From Ionaspis alba (Eukaryota): a stretch of 64,000 bases of DNA. Position 1 is the first letter of the stretch. Every line of letters starts with the position of its first letter. The stretch lies in NCBI GenBank assembly GCA_964255285.1, contig CAXUUL010000017.1:1-64000 (forward strand), read 5' to 3'. Position numbers and translations under genes: made by a program. Under the pieces are notes generated by a model. The model saw nothing but the letters and a program-made list of their open reading frames with translations. It made no database searches and was not told the DNA's origin. Of the stretch, positions 12,542-24,442 are shown in pieces.

Positions 12542-13672
12542 GATGGGAGAAAGCTCAAGAGAAAAGAAAGCGTCTGTTTGACAGCCTCTAATGAGGGTGG
12601 GGTTTGCAGCTGTATCTGCAAGAAGCCTTGTGTAGAGTATAGCAAGTGTTACAGTGACTTGAGAAGCGAGATTAGACCACATACTTACGGGAGCCATCAT
12701 TAATATGACTACAGCAAAAAATTTGCGATGGCTGGTAGCCAGCCAGAACATTCATGGAGAGGAGGTTGGTGTTGACCTTCGGAATTCGCGTACCTTAGTG
12801 CTAAGCTGTGTTTGGTCTTAGTGGGAGGCTGGGATAGGGCTGATGTCGCATTCCTTCGAGAACAAACCTCGAGAACAACCTCATATCCAATCTTTAAGCA
12901 CTATGGCTATTTCGAGCCATCTATGCTGCTCGTGATCAAGCATGTTTGCTGGCAAGGGTGGCCAAATATATCGACCTGCAGGAGCAGGTCTTTGCCGCAG
13001 TTCACACGTCGTTGATCGATGCATCAAGGGTCCCGTCCTGTTTGACCTTTGATGCGACTCTTGTTTGCTAATCCTAGGCCGACGCGCCTTGTTGGAATCC
13101 TCCTTGCTCATTTCCGTGGTCGGCGACAGCAGCAGGATACTGTCTGAGGTATCCACGTTTAACATCCATTCTCCTTGTTGGGACGACGATCAGAAGGGAG
13201 CTTATCATGGAAAGCGCTAACAGTAGGTCATCGAATAGAGCCAAACCCCTCTTGGCGAATCGTCACTATTCCCAAACACACCTGTTTCGAACAGGACTTC
13301 CTTTGTCAGATTTTTTGAGACAGTTGTTGCTATGAAAGGGCCGCAGTGCCTGTAACTCTCCAGTGATGGTTTTGACACGAGCACATGCAGTCCAAGGTCA
13401 TGCCATGGTCACAAGGCCCTATGCAATGACCCTACTGAATTCACAAGCTTTAATATTGAATATTGTTGTGACTCTTTCGACTCCATTACTATAAAGAAGA
13501 CCTCAACCTCACCTTGTCCTTTACGGACCTCACAGATTCGGTCAGTATTGTGTCCATTCGACGACTCCCTCCTCGTCATGATTGCTACCTACAACAGCCA
13601 CTCCTATAGCATTTACAGAGCATTAAAATCTCTCGATCGTCTGCTGACATCTTTCATGGTCTAGTACGAGCC

Positions 13673-14434
13673 ATGTCTCCAACCTTTCTAACACTCCCCG
13701 CCGAACTCCGTCTAGCCATCTACGATCTTCTACTCAACAACCACGAACACAAAGTCCTCTCGATACGGTCCGAGGATCCAGCTAAGTATGAGCTAAACAA
13801 AGAGGAACAATGTCGAACGCCATATAGAATCTTGTCAGATCGCTTTCGTGCTCGTAGCATCGAGACATCCTACACTCTCCTTCGCAATCCGGGCATCCAG
13901 ACTGCCATTCTCAGTGTCAACAAACAAATCCATCGAGAAGCTTCATACGTACTCTATTCTTCACATATATTCGACTTCTACACAGATATCGAGAGCGTCA
14001 TCCCATTCCTGAGCGATCTTACGCCAGTGTCACTTGCATCTATAAAGCGCATCAACATTACGAAGCGGGCGTTGCCATATGTTAAGAACTTCGATAGCTG
14101 CGAATGGCGCAACGCTTGCGAATTCATCTCGAAGAACATGGAGCTGTCGCAGCTCGGGCTTGGAATACTCGGAGGTAGGCCAGCAGGGCCATGGCAAGAG
14201 GCAGAGCACTATGCGAAGTCGGACTTTCCAACTATCACGAGCTTTGACGGTATGGATTGGGTAGATCAGCTAGTTGCTATCAAGGGCTTGCAGGACTTGG
14301 AGGTCAGGGCGCATTTACAGCATTGTCCACCACCACAATCGAACGCTATGACTTTCTTTGTGAATTTCTCTGCGAGCATTGAGAAAGGGTTTGCCGAGTA
14401 CTTGCGAGAGCTGATGGTGGTTCGGTCCATCTAG
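13673..14434 (+). CDS. Hypothetical protein with N-terminal F-box-like motif
   Basis: 253-aa intronless ORF; FLTLPAELRLAIY and ILSVNKQIHREASYVLYS are typical of fungal F-box-like proteins. Confidence 0.75.
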   Translation: MSPTFLTLPAELRLAIYDLLLNNHEHKVLSIRSEDPAKYELNKEEQCRTPYRILSDRFRARSIETSYTLLRNPGIQTAILSVNKQIHREASYVLYSSHIFDFYTDIESVIPFLSDLTPVSLASIKRINITKRALPYVKNFDSCEWRNACEFISKNMELSQLGLGILGGRPAGPWQEAEHYAKSDFPTITSFDGMDWVDQLVAIKGLQDLEVRAHLQHCPPPQSNAMTFFVNFSASIEKGFAEYLRELMVVRSI

Positions 14435-14701
14435 GAGCCGACGGATCAAATATTATCGTGGAAGAGCTATTGAGGATCTTTGATTGCGTGCTGTTGTATT
14501 GTACCTCTCATAGATTAGAGTAGATGAATGCGCTATCTCTTGACATTCTGTTGAACTCGATACATTGAACTTCGACTTTGGGATATGGCAGTGGCTTTGT
14601 GTCTCGCGTCTGTGTCGAAGAACTTGGATCCTGCCGACGACCGTGAAATAATCGGGTCCAGTCGGTCCCGACCAAGGCTAGGCATCGCCGATCATTGTCT
14701 A

Positions 14702-15726
14702 TTATTGGCATGTTCCTTCGACATGCGCCCATTGAGCGGCCCTCAAAAGACCCTAGAGTGTGCCATGGCAGCCGCCACGACCAACATATGGAAGATCTGG
14801 TGGGAGCTGCCCCACACGTCAAATCGTCCAGGTCTGAGCCGTTCGGGCACTCGAGCCTATCCAATGGTCAGACCAGCTGTCACGTCGATAGTATCTTGTA
14901 GATTAATGGTAAATAGAATCTATAAAGCATAATATCATATACTTACAGCGTACATGCCCGCTCCTAAAATGTACAGAGCCCCTTGGACTATAACATAATC
15001 TAGGCCCATCACAAACTCGAGTCTTCGCCACCCAAAGATTCTCAATCCATGAAAGACAGGAAACACAGCAGAAAGCCCCATAGCCACGAACATCCCGGCT
15101 CTAAAGGGCCGCCAAACGGGCGTCCGGAATTTAGAATTTACCGACACTATTGTACAGCCTACACCTAGCGTCGAGATCATGGTCCAGTAAACCTTCTGCA
15201 GTAGAGGCTCACAGTAAAAACCATAGTAGATAGTCGGGATGAAGGATCCTGTAATCAATGCCACGATACCCACGTAATCGAGCTGATTTCCTAGTCTGGC
15301 AACTCGTGGAGAATGATTTGAGCAGGTATGATAGACAGCACTGACGGAGAGGCAGATCAGCGCCCCAACAAAGAAGAAAGAGAGAGCTAGCAAGTCAGTT
15401 CCAGTGAACGAGGAAGGTGGAACACCATATGAGATCTCTAGCTTCTTTTCCTCAGAATTGAAGTAAAAATCTAAGTATTGGTAGATGAAAATCCCCGCGC
15501 CAAGTAGATGGCTCCATATATTCACGGACTCGTTATGAAGATAAGAGAGAGAAGCGAAGCACTGTGCGAAAGAGTATGAAGCTGGCCGGTAATGCGTCAA
15601 GATGTAGTGATTGTCCTGTTGCCAGCTGGGAAGGTCAGCCCAGGTGAGAAGCTCGGTCGTGTTCGCCGAACCAGGCTCGACAGTCTCTGCGACTCGAGCA
15701 TCTTTTTCGGAGGCAAGCTGACTCAT
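14702..15726 (-). CDS. IZH/PAQR (hemolysin-III-related) membrane receptor, 2 exons, with an apparent frameshift near the C-terminus
   Basis: [45 protein letters not shown]; intron 14857-14946; [23 protein letters not shown]. As assembled the stop is at 14745-14743; a family-like tail continues in another frame to 14702. Confidence 0.88.
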
Positions 15727-15852
15727 AGCCCAGAAAAAAGATTGGCCCTCTGCTAATACGACATCGAAGTCAGGACGGTCTTGCGGAGGATGAAAGTACG
15801 GAATGTGGGGAAACAAGGTTGTTGACTGTCGCTAATCGCCTCGCGGCTAGAT

Positions 15853-15862
15853 CCTAACCCTA
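15853..15862 (+). promoter_or_regulatory. Telobox-like motif CCTAACCCTA in the ~210-bp divergent promoter between the IZH and PCI-like genes
   Basis: Sequence seen directly. Binding by a Tbf1/Tay1-type Myb factor is inference. Confidence 0.4.
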
Positions 15863-15939
15863 CCTCGACGTCGACGAGCCTCACAAGCGCTATATTTCCT
15901 TTCATCGCTGGTTTCCCTCCTCTCTATAGCCGATATATC

Positions 15940-16903
15940 ATGGCTGGCCTGTCTGTCTCAAGACGCACCCCAACGGGCTGGTCCCGGCTTAAATCCCTAC
16001 CTACCGACCCCCTCGAATCCTTCGGCCTCCCTTCCAAAGGTGACAATAGGCATGCTACCGGCTTCAGTGTCCTCACGAGTCTGTCTCAGCTAAGCAAGCC
16101 GCAGACTTCTCGAGTTCAAGACACAAGAAATATACTATAATAAAATCGTGGAGCGTTACATGCAATTTTGCGCAGCGGCTGGCCGCGACAACGATGCGCT
16201 GGATCGTGCCTTCGCAGGACTATCGCTGGATACTTCGAGATCAGACAACGCATCGGCGCATAGACTTGATTTTGAGGATGGGAGGTTTGAGAGGGAAGGT
16301 GATGCGGTCTCGAAGAAAGAGCTGGGCATGCTGCTGATGGCGATGCGGAAATTACGGGAAGGGATTGTCGGTGCAGGAAGGACAGACACATTTGCACAGC
16401 GAGTTTACGTTTTCATTATTCGCGCGGCAATCTTGACGTCAACTTTCGAATCCTATGCGCCGGCATTGCTCCACTTGTTGCACAAGATCAACGTCTCGAC
16501 GCCGCTCCCTGCGCCAGAGCTACATGAGTTTGTAGGATACCATATACTGGATCTGGCCTGTCGGCTGGGAGACTATGTGGAGACGTACGCAGTGCGAAAT
16601 ACTTGGGGATATAGAGATGAGAGGGTAGAGGGTGTGCTCAGAGCACTGGTACACGATGACTGGGTGGGGTTTTGGAGGTTGAGAGGCGTGGTGGACGGAT
16701 ATCAGAAGCGATTGATGGGATGGGCAGAGGATGCGGTCAGAAGGCATGCACTGAAATGTCTGGGACGAGGTTACCTGAGTGTTGAGAAAGGGTATGTGGA
16801 GAAGTGTGCTGGAAGACCGTGGGAGGAGTTGAAGAGATGGGATGGGGTTGGCTGGGAGTTGGAAGGTAATAGGGTCACTATTAGGCGGGTCAAGGCAAAG
16901 TGA
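15940..16903 (+). CDS. Conserved PCI-like (CSN8/PSMD8/eIF3K, SAC3/GANP-related) protein, 2 exons joined by a GC-AG intron
   Basis: Exon 1 15940-16049 plus exon 2 16105-16903 give ...GLPSKGDNRLLEFKTQEIYYNKIVERYMQFC...MRKLREGIV...ALKCLGRGYLSV...GWEL. Confidence 0.78.
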
Positions 16904-17362
16904 AGCAAGGTGTTTAGACTTGGCCATTTCGGTGCATATCTAATACGTGGTTGGTCTGCAGGCGCTAGGGGAGGAGTCATCACCGGCAGGTAAGTAGGTA
17001 ACCAGGCTATTGACGATTTCAACTGCTATTACTTAATGGTGGCTGACACAGCTCTTCCAGGTAAACACCCAAGTCCTGGTTGTAGGAGTCTGGCTGCCTG
17101 TTATTTTCTTAGGTAGCCGAATCTATAGAGAAACATTGAACGATGGCTGAGCTGATGCAGACTTCACAAGCAAATGAGCTGGCTAAAGAGAGGATGAAGA
17201 CCTTGCGAGAGTGAACAAAACAACATAGTCCGGAAAGGTTCTACCCGAATTAATATCAGAATGTCCTTTTCATATGAAACCCCAGGCAAGATTACACTTC
17301 CAAAGCCTTGTTTCTTTACAAAATTTCCATGTACATGAAAGCTTGTGACATACAAGAAAAGT

Positions 17363-18713
17363 TCACATGTTTCTTCCACCAGTCACCATAATCGTCTGCC
17401 CATCGACATAGCTGAATAAAGGACTAGCAACAGCTAGAATCACACTTGCAGCCTCCGTTGCTGTTCCTGGTCTCCGCAATGGAATGTCAGCATGTAGTTC
17501 ACCGGTGTTCCCTGCTTTCTGCGCTTTCGGTATTCCCAGCGGCACTTTGGAACCATCAGGAGTGGTGACGAAAGCACCGTCTTCTTTTGCAGCTGTCAAG
17601 CGAGTAAGAATATGGCCAAATGCAACTCTGGAGAACGTCAGAGAATGCACTAGCTCCAGAAAGCGGTAGGACATGTTCCACAATTGGAGCACTTACGTGT
17701 TCGCTCGAACTCCAAATTGGGGTCCCCATTCCTGGCAGTCATCAGCTAATGATCGACATCATCTGCATTGTCTGAGCATACCTTAGCGATGACTTTTGTC
17801 AAGCCTATCACACCAGCTTTTGCCAGACCATAGTTTGCTTGACCTCTATCTCCATCGTCAGCCTTGCGCCTCTGATTTCGAGACGGTCAGTATCAACTCA
17901 CGCATTACCATTCACGCCACTCGTGCTGCTGATATTGATTATGTTCCTCGGCTCGCCATCTTTTACTCTGAAGTATGGCGCTGCTGCCCTAACCAGCTTA
18001 AAGGGTGCGGTGTTGTGTAGCGCAAGAATCGTGTCCCATTGCTTGTCCGTCATCTGTACAATCGAAATTCAGTATATCATGCTAGGATCTCGAATTTTCT
18101 CTTCGCTGTCCCCCGGCTGGCTTCCTCGGGTTATGTCCTCCTTCACAAGAGCCACCAATGTTCACCAAAGATATCCCGTCCCTGTCTCTTCTACGCTTCC
18201 CCTTCCATGCCCAGTACCGTACTCTCGCCTTCTCATGCTTACCCACCTCAATCAGGCACTTACCTTATGTATGACTCCGTCCCATGTAAACCCAGCATTA
18301 TTGACAATAATGTGAATTTTACCCTTTCCGAATTCCGCTGATCTTTTCACCAGCTCATCAATATATTTAGCATCCAACATATCTCCCGGCACCGCGATGG
18401 CTGTCCCGCCTCCTTCATTTATTGCCTTAGTGACTGCTTCTGCTTTGCCTGTGTTCCACATAACATATCAGCATGGTCTCCAATATCTGAGTAATCGAAG
18501 CGATAGTGATGGCGAGGATGTGGGAAGGGGAAGGGTTTGCAAACCAGCGTCGATATCCTGGACCACCACTCTTGCGCCTTCTTTCGCAAACAATCGCGCT
18601 GCTTCAGCACCAATGCCCTGTCCAGATCCTGTGATTATCGCGACCTGGCCAGCGAGCATGCCACTGGGATAGTTGAGGTGAGCGGAGATTTGGGCAATGC
18701 GTTCGTTTGCCAT
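17363..18713 (-). CDS. Short-chain dehydrogenase/reductase (3-oxoacyl reductase-like) with N-terminal PTS2, 6 exons
   Basis: TGSGQGIG, NNAG, NISS and YGLAK catalytic motifs. Introns 18449-18544, 18054-18263, 17846-17901, 17732-17781 and ~17628-17696. Confidence 0.92.
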
Positions 18714-19259
18714 GTTGGCTGAAATATAAGGGTGTCGGGATGAACGAGGAGTCGAGATTCGAATGAGCGGAGTGTCCTGGGAGTCTCAATTTGAGTTAAA
18801 CGAGATTCGAATGGAGTATTTATCAACCTATGGAGTTATGGAGTGATGGAGTGACCGAAGAGAAGTTAAGAGCTAAAATGGTCCGAAATCTGAAGGTTTA
18901 GGGGAATACCTGTGCTGGAGATTGGTGGGGTTTATGCGGAGGGCTTACCCCAGATTTTGAGATTCTGCCGAGGCTCTCAATTGACAGGGATGCGAGGGGA
19001 TGACAGGTGCTATAGGGTTTGGTAACGTTGTGGCTGAGAACTCGCTTCAATAATGTTGGAATTCTTGTATGCATAGTAAAACACTGCTCATAGTAACACG
19101 GATCATTACCAGACCCATCGATTCTCTTTCAAGAATTTCATGGGCTAAAAAATGGTAGGCTAGCTAGGAATCCACATTCTGTACTTTTGCTTCCGAGAAG
19201 AGCCTTGCCCACTGACTGATAAGTCCCAATTCCACACAAGTCCTGCACCGCGAACCCGA

Positions 19260-19630
19260 TCCCCCCTTTACTCTTTCCTTTCCCAATTCCTCTCCTCCAA
19301 TTCCCTCTTCCTAGCTCACCGTCCCTGTCTCACATGCCCAACCCCGGTTCCCAGTCCTTCCTTCACCGTCCTCCCCCAATCCCTTCGCTTCGATTCCCTC
19401 TGCTCAAACCCTATTCCGCATTGCCCATTCATCCCCTCCATTTTCACCTCCCCATTTTCCCTTGCCCATCCTCCCATTCCCGTCTCCCTTAGCCACCTCC
19501 CTTTCCCAACGTTCCTTCCTCGCACCCTTTCCCTAATCCCCTTTTCCCGCTCCTGCTCCTTTCAATGCCATTCCCTTCTTCCCGGTCCCATTCCAGGCTA
19601 CTCCACAAATCCCTTCCTCCTACTCTTTCA
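19260..19630. repeat. Strand-asymmetric C/T-rich low-complexity tract with many CCC runs
   Basis: About 370 bp of TCCC/TTCCC-type units on +, with few G. Confidence 0.8.
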
Positions 19631-20212
19631 AACTCAAACAACCACATTTCAAAGTTCCTTGATCCTCCGCTCTCAAAACAAATACCTGAAAAACTATTCT
19701 ATCCTGTCCTGCCAGTCTTCCCAAATTCCCACGCCCCTCCACATCGAATAAGCTTGGAGAGAACCCTGCCTTTATAACCTCTCCTCTTCGATGGGGAAGA
19801 TAGTCTAAATCACAATAACCCGACCTCCCCCGTAGAATAGTCTTGGCGAAGGAGCCTAGGGTTCAAGAGCCGTGGAGCAAAATATCGCCGCGAGAAGGCA
19901 AGCGCACAGCAGACATTCAATGATCAGATAGCGATTAGAAGCCGGAAGTGGCGACACAGCGAAATGATTGGATTGACTCATCAAAAGGCAATATCATCAA
20001 CTGGTTGCTTCAATCCATAGGTGGTTATTTGTGTCAACCATATCTTGGAAGAGCTGAGGTTGGCCCATCCCAAATTAGGCTGTTCGACATAGGTTCGAAT
20101 TCCCTGGTCGCGATAGGATTGCGGACCACCAGTATTCGTGTTTTGACATGCACAAAGCGCAAAAATATTATGGTTGCCATAGGCATATCGACGAGGATTC
20201 AAATTTTGGTTA

Positions 20213-21654
20213 TTATCCTTCGTGCCCCTTTTCCTCCACAGGATGGGTGTCCAGACACTCATACCACTGGATCAAACTACCAATCAAGAAAGCCCAGCTT
20301 CCCCAAAATGTAGCCAAGGCTGCTTGATATTGTGCGCCTTCATTATTATACGCTGGTCCCAGAGCACCGCAAAGCTTCGAAAATGTCAGAGTGCGGTCAT
20401 GGGAACGAGAGCAGTTGGAGTCCTTACTGTGAATCCCAATGCGCCAACTAAATTCCAGAATCCTATATGCCACCCAAGGACTTTGAATGCAGGAAGATAC
20501 CATGCCCGCTGGGTTTCCAACATGAACAATATCCTGAAAGAGGCATCAGTCATGCAATTCCCAATGTATATACGGGCATGAAATTCTCACCCTGAGGTAA
20601 TAAAACCCGTGCCGCCAATAATCTGAGGCGCCCAGTAAATGCCGTCAAGCAAACTTTGTGACAATACATTATTGATCCCAGGTAAAGCCGTGAATCCACT
20701 GATCCAAAACACGCTTGCTCCAAACAATTGCGCCAAACATGCGAGAAAGCCGAGTTCGCGGAGATAGTGAGTCGTTAGATCATGCGTAGAGGGCCACCAC
20801 TGCCACGACTTCCCAGAACCATCCGAACTCTTTTCCAAATGACCATGTTCCTCGAGATCCCCATCCAAGGAGTCATCCTTGGAAGCAGAAGATCCAATAT
20901 TCCCCTTTCCCACGAAGTTCTTCCTATTCGAATGATGATGTCGGCACCCATCCACATCTGGCCTGACCCTAATCCTCCCCGTCCCACCATCCAAGACTTT
21001 CTCTAGAGCCCAGCCGAAACAGCCCGCACGATTCTCGTTGACAGCCTCGAACATCAACAGCACACTTCCGACCTCGAAAATGGTAGCCCCGATGAATGCA
21101 GTTATGCCCCCACCATACAATATTTCGGTATCGAATTCGGAATTCGGCTGCACCAGCGGCAGGAAGACGAAGAAACCATTCAGGCACCATACAATACTTC
21201 CCAGTGTGAAGATGACCGCGACGAGGTATGAGACATCCCAGTAAGGGTAGCGGGTGAACATCCGACCTATGCCCTGAGCCGTGGCGCGTAGCGTGGAAGT
21301 GCTTTTTGGGGTGAGGTAGTGTGCGGACGAGGACCCGAGTGCAGGATCGACGACGAGGGTATGTCGGCCCTTGCGGTTGTCCCGAGAACGCCATTGAAAC
21401 TCGATGTCGGAGGCAAGCTGCTCGTTGTCTTTTGAAATTGAGGATTTTTCTTGGTCCTGTGCAAGGGATACGGGGGCTTCGAATGCATCGTCGGCAGTAA
21501 CAGGTGGTTTGTTTGAGAGGGACTTGTGGATGTAGTGAGCGCGAGTGGGATTGAGAAAGGAGAAGGGGCCCGTGGTGTGTTTGTGCTGTATGTTCAGCAA
21601 GCTGTGAGACTGGAGAGGTTCGTGAGAGGTGGCGAAGACCGTGTTTCGCGGCAT
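20213..21654 (-). CDS. Conserved multi-pass integral membrane protein of unknown function, 3 exons
   Basis: WRSRDNRKGRH, YWDVSYLVAVIFTLGSIVW, LGWHIGFWNLVGALGFTLCGALG, FWGSWAFLIGSLIQWYE. Introns ~20534-20590 and 20375-20427. Confidence 0.82.
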
Positions 21655-22256
21655 GTTTGACGTTGGGTTAGTGATTAGTCCTGAGATGCCGTTGCTGCAT
21701 AGCAATGATAAAACGTGCGATATATAGAATAATGGAGAAGGAGAGACAGCTCAGCGAGCGAGCAGTAACGAATGACGACTAGATGAAATGACGCAGAAGG
21801 ACAGACATTCAATGGCTAAAATGACTGTGGAATGACAAACACGGAAGCTTCAAAAAGCTTGAATTTGCCTCGGAGCTAAACCTGGGGTACGTTCGCTGTA
21901 TGCTCGCTTAGAACACCAATGGGTAAACTGTCTACGTCAATCCCAAAATTGTACACCTCCAGGTCAACCTTTGAGATTCAGATTGAGAGTGTTCAGAAAA
22001 TGGAGAGAAGTCTAATTTTCTTGCGATTATAATTCTATCTCATCCACCATGACTCAAGCTACATGGTACAGGCCCGGTTGACATCTTTGCCCTGTTGCCT
22101 TTTAGAGACATATCATTGAATAAACGCCTCAAGCTAGTCGATTCTAGTTCATTAATTTGTCGTTTAAAACTTCAAAGCCCGTCCAAAGAAGTCTAGGTAT
22201 ACAATAAAGAGTGGCCTGCACACTAAATGTTCTTTCCTGCAGTCATGTATAAAACA

Positions 22257-23633
22257 TTAGACCATGTGGTTCTCATACCTAAAAGTCTTTTGCTCATTCA
22301 GCGCTTGGGGATGATATGGATATATGTCCGCGCTTTGCATTTCCATAGCATTGTTCCCCTCAAAGCTGTATTGCTGAGTTGGGGTTGAGCGCAACTGTTG
22401 CCAAGCATGTCTCGCGTCTTTGGTCTCCTGCGTGGTCGTAGTCTCGCTTGCTCTGGTACCATTCGACGAGCCTTTTGAGTACATGCTGCGTAGAGAGAGT
22501 CTGGAACGTACGCTCTGCAGCAAAGACCCTAGGTCTGGGATGCCGCGGAAGAGAGGTGCCATAGTAGGGAGGCAGGCGGCGATTACGGATGTGCCAGACT
22601 CGGTAATGGACCAAACGATCAGGTTGATAGTTAAACCTTTGAGAGAGTGAGTGTGTCTGATATTATCAGAGGTACTGTGATGATAGGACTTACTCGAGTA
22701 CGCGGTATCAGGCCCCAATGGCGTCTGTGTGAAGATGATAAAGTAGTGCAGCCGAATGACAGAAGCGACGACGCAGCTGGAGAGTAACGTTCAGTTATTG
22801 CGCTAATCTGTGCAAGAGGACAAAGCTTACAAGAGACCAAGCCAAAATATTCCAGTGACCAAGATTTTTCGTCTCAAGGTCATGTGAAGTGTGCTGATCA
22901 CAAACAGAGGCAAAGATAGCGTCGCTAAATCTAGAGCCAGGTTGATAGCGGCCAAGGAGACCAGCAATGCTCCTAGGTTAATGACCGTATGACCAGGTCT
23001 GGTCCAACTGTCCGCGATGGGGTTTGTTGAAAACAGTGGCCCCTAGTATCGCGGGATGATCAGATGCGTCATTCCGGGGGGGTCGGAAGCTCAATTTACC
23101 AAGATCGATGCTAGAAACCAGCCTGTGATCAAGCCCAGCATGATGTTACAAGCAATGTGAAAGCTCTTCCGGACGAAGATGCGTTTGTACAACAAGACCG
23201 TCGAGATCTTGACCAAGGAGAGAGTTCCAGCGAAGAGCATCGGACCAGCGAAGAGGATCTTCCCGAAAGCTCAGCAAAGGTGCCTTGAGATACCTCTACG
23301 GTTGAGATCCAAATACCTTTGCAAACCTCGCAGCTTTGTCAGGGTCCTGGAATAACTCTAGCATCGGTTCTCCTTCACCGCCGTCCAGAGCGCCGTATAT
23401 TGTCATTGCTCCACCACCCACTACTGTGACCTTTGTCCTTGATTAGTCAAGGAGTACATCAATACTGAGCGTTCGATCGAGATTACCAGCGCAGCAAGGA
23501 CAACATAATCGTCAGCTCGAAAGCCGCTTTTCACACTGCCTCGGGCTATGAACCGCAAAGTCACAGCTATAACGGCGAGGGACGGAACTACGCTGGAGAC
23601 GACAATCAAGTTTGTCGAACTTGAAGTGAGCAT
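22257..23633 (-). CDS. Pth11-like (fungal rhodopsin-domain) 7TM receptor without CFEM domain, 6 exons
   Basis: Spliced translation: AVTLRFIAR...FRADDYVVLAAL, LVKISTVLLYKRIF, NLALDLATLSLPLFVISTLHM, IFWLGLFCVVASVIRL, WSITESGTSVIAACLPTMAPLF. All five introns are GT-AG. Confidence 0.88.
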
Positions 23634-24070
23634 GGCGTCAAGGAACTGAACATAGAAATGCCAAAGCGGATTATGCGTAAGATAATATTATTATTGGAAC
23701 AGAGGCAAGTAAAGCAGCGGGAGTGGCTTCAAAGCTTGGGCATTAAAGGACATTTGGACGGTCTCTTTCAGGGGAGAATTGAAGCAAGCTTCGCAGTATT
23801 AAGCATATCACGAAACCACTCGTACATCATGCCTTGCCCGTACTATGCAGCTACATAAGTTGCATTGCATGGTGGGATGGAGGGAGGCAGATTCCAATTA
23901 AATTCGAAGATGGTGTTTGAGAGAGTGCGAAATCTCTATAACCTCGCAATCTCCTGGAGTAGGAAGTCGTCCTCGCTTGGTTTCTTTGTATGCTTATCGT
24001 GGCACACAGTTGATCACTACCAGCGACAAATAGGTTACACATGGATCTCACAAGAGATTGAGCGATCTAA

Positions 24071-24442
24071 ACTGCTGGATGTCAACTGTGCCGCCTCACG
24101 GCATATGATGCAGCAGCGGATGGGGTGCAGTGCATCGAAGACTTGATCCCTGCAGCGGGAAACATGCATGATCCGAAGGTATGATTGGTGCGCGTTCTCG
24201 TCAGGAACGCCTTCGCAGAACAATGGAGAAGACAGGTGGGGAATTGATTGGCTGAGGCACAAGCTCGCATAGCAGATGCAGAAATTTACCGACGCAGATG
24301 CGACCGTAAAGAGGAAATCGTGAAGATTCGGGACCTCGATGCAACACCTCTGTGGAAAAAGAAACTACAGGAGACGGATCGTGCTCTTGAATGCTTGAAA
24401 CACCAGGAGGTAGGTATGATACAACGATCTGTTCGATTGTAA
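24071..24442 (+). pseudogene. Possible degenerate coding relic with two in-frame TGA stops
   Basis: One frame of 124 codons reads as a charged helical protein, broken only by TGA at 24182 and 24245. No family recognised. Confidence 0.3.

Noticed and set aside
7174..15726. DAP1 plus IZH/PAQR as a sterol-signalling cluster
   Set aside because: Separated by unrelated genes; no shared structure visible.
18829..18853. Short tandem repeat (ATGGAGTK)3, and (GCTGAA)3 near 24480
   Set aside because: Ordinary slippage repeats with no further structure.
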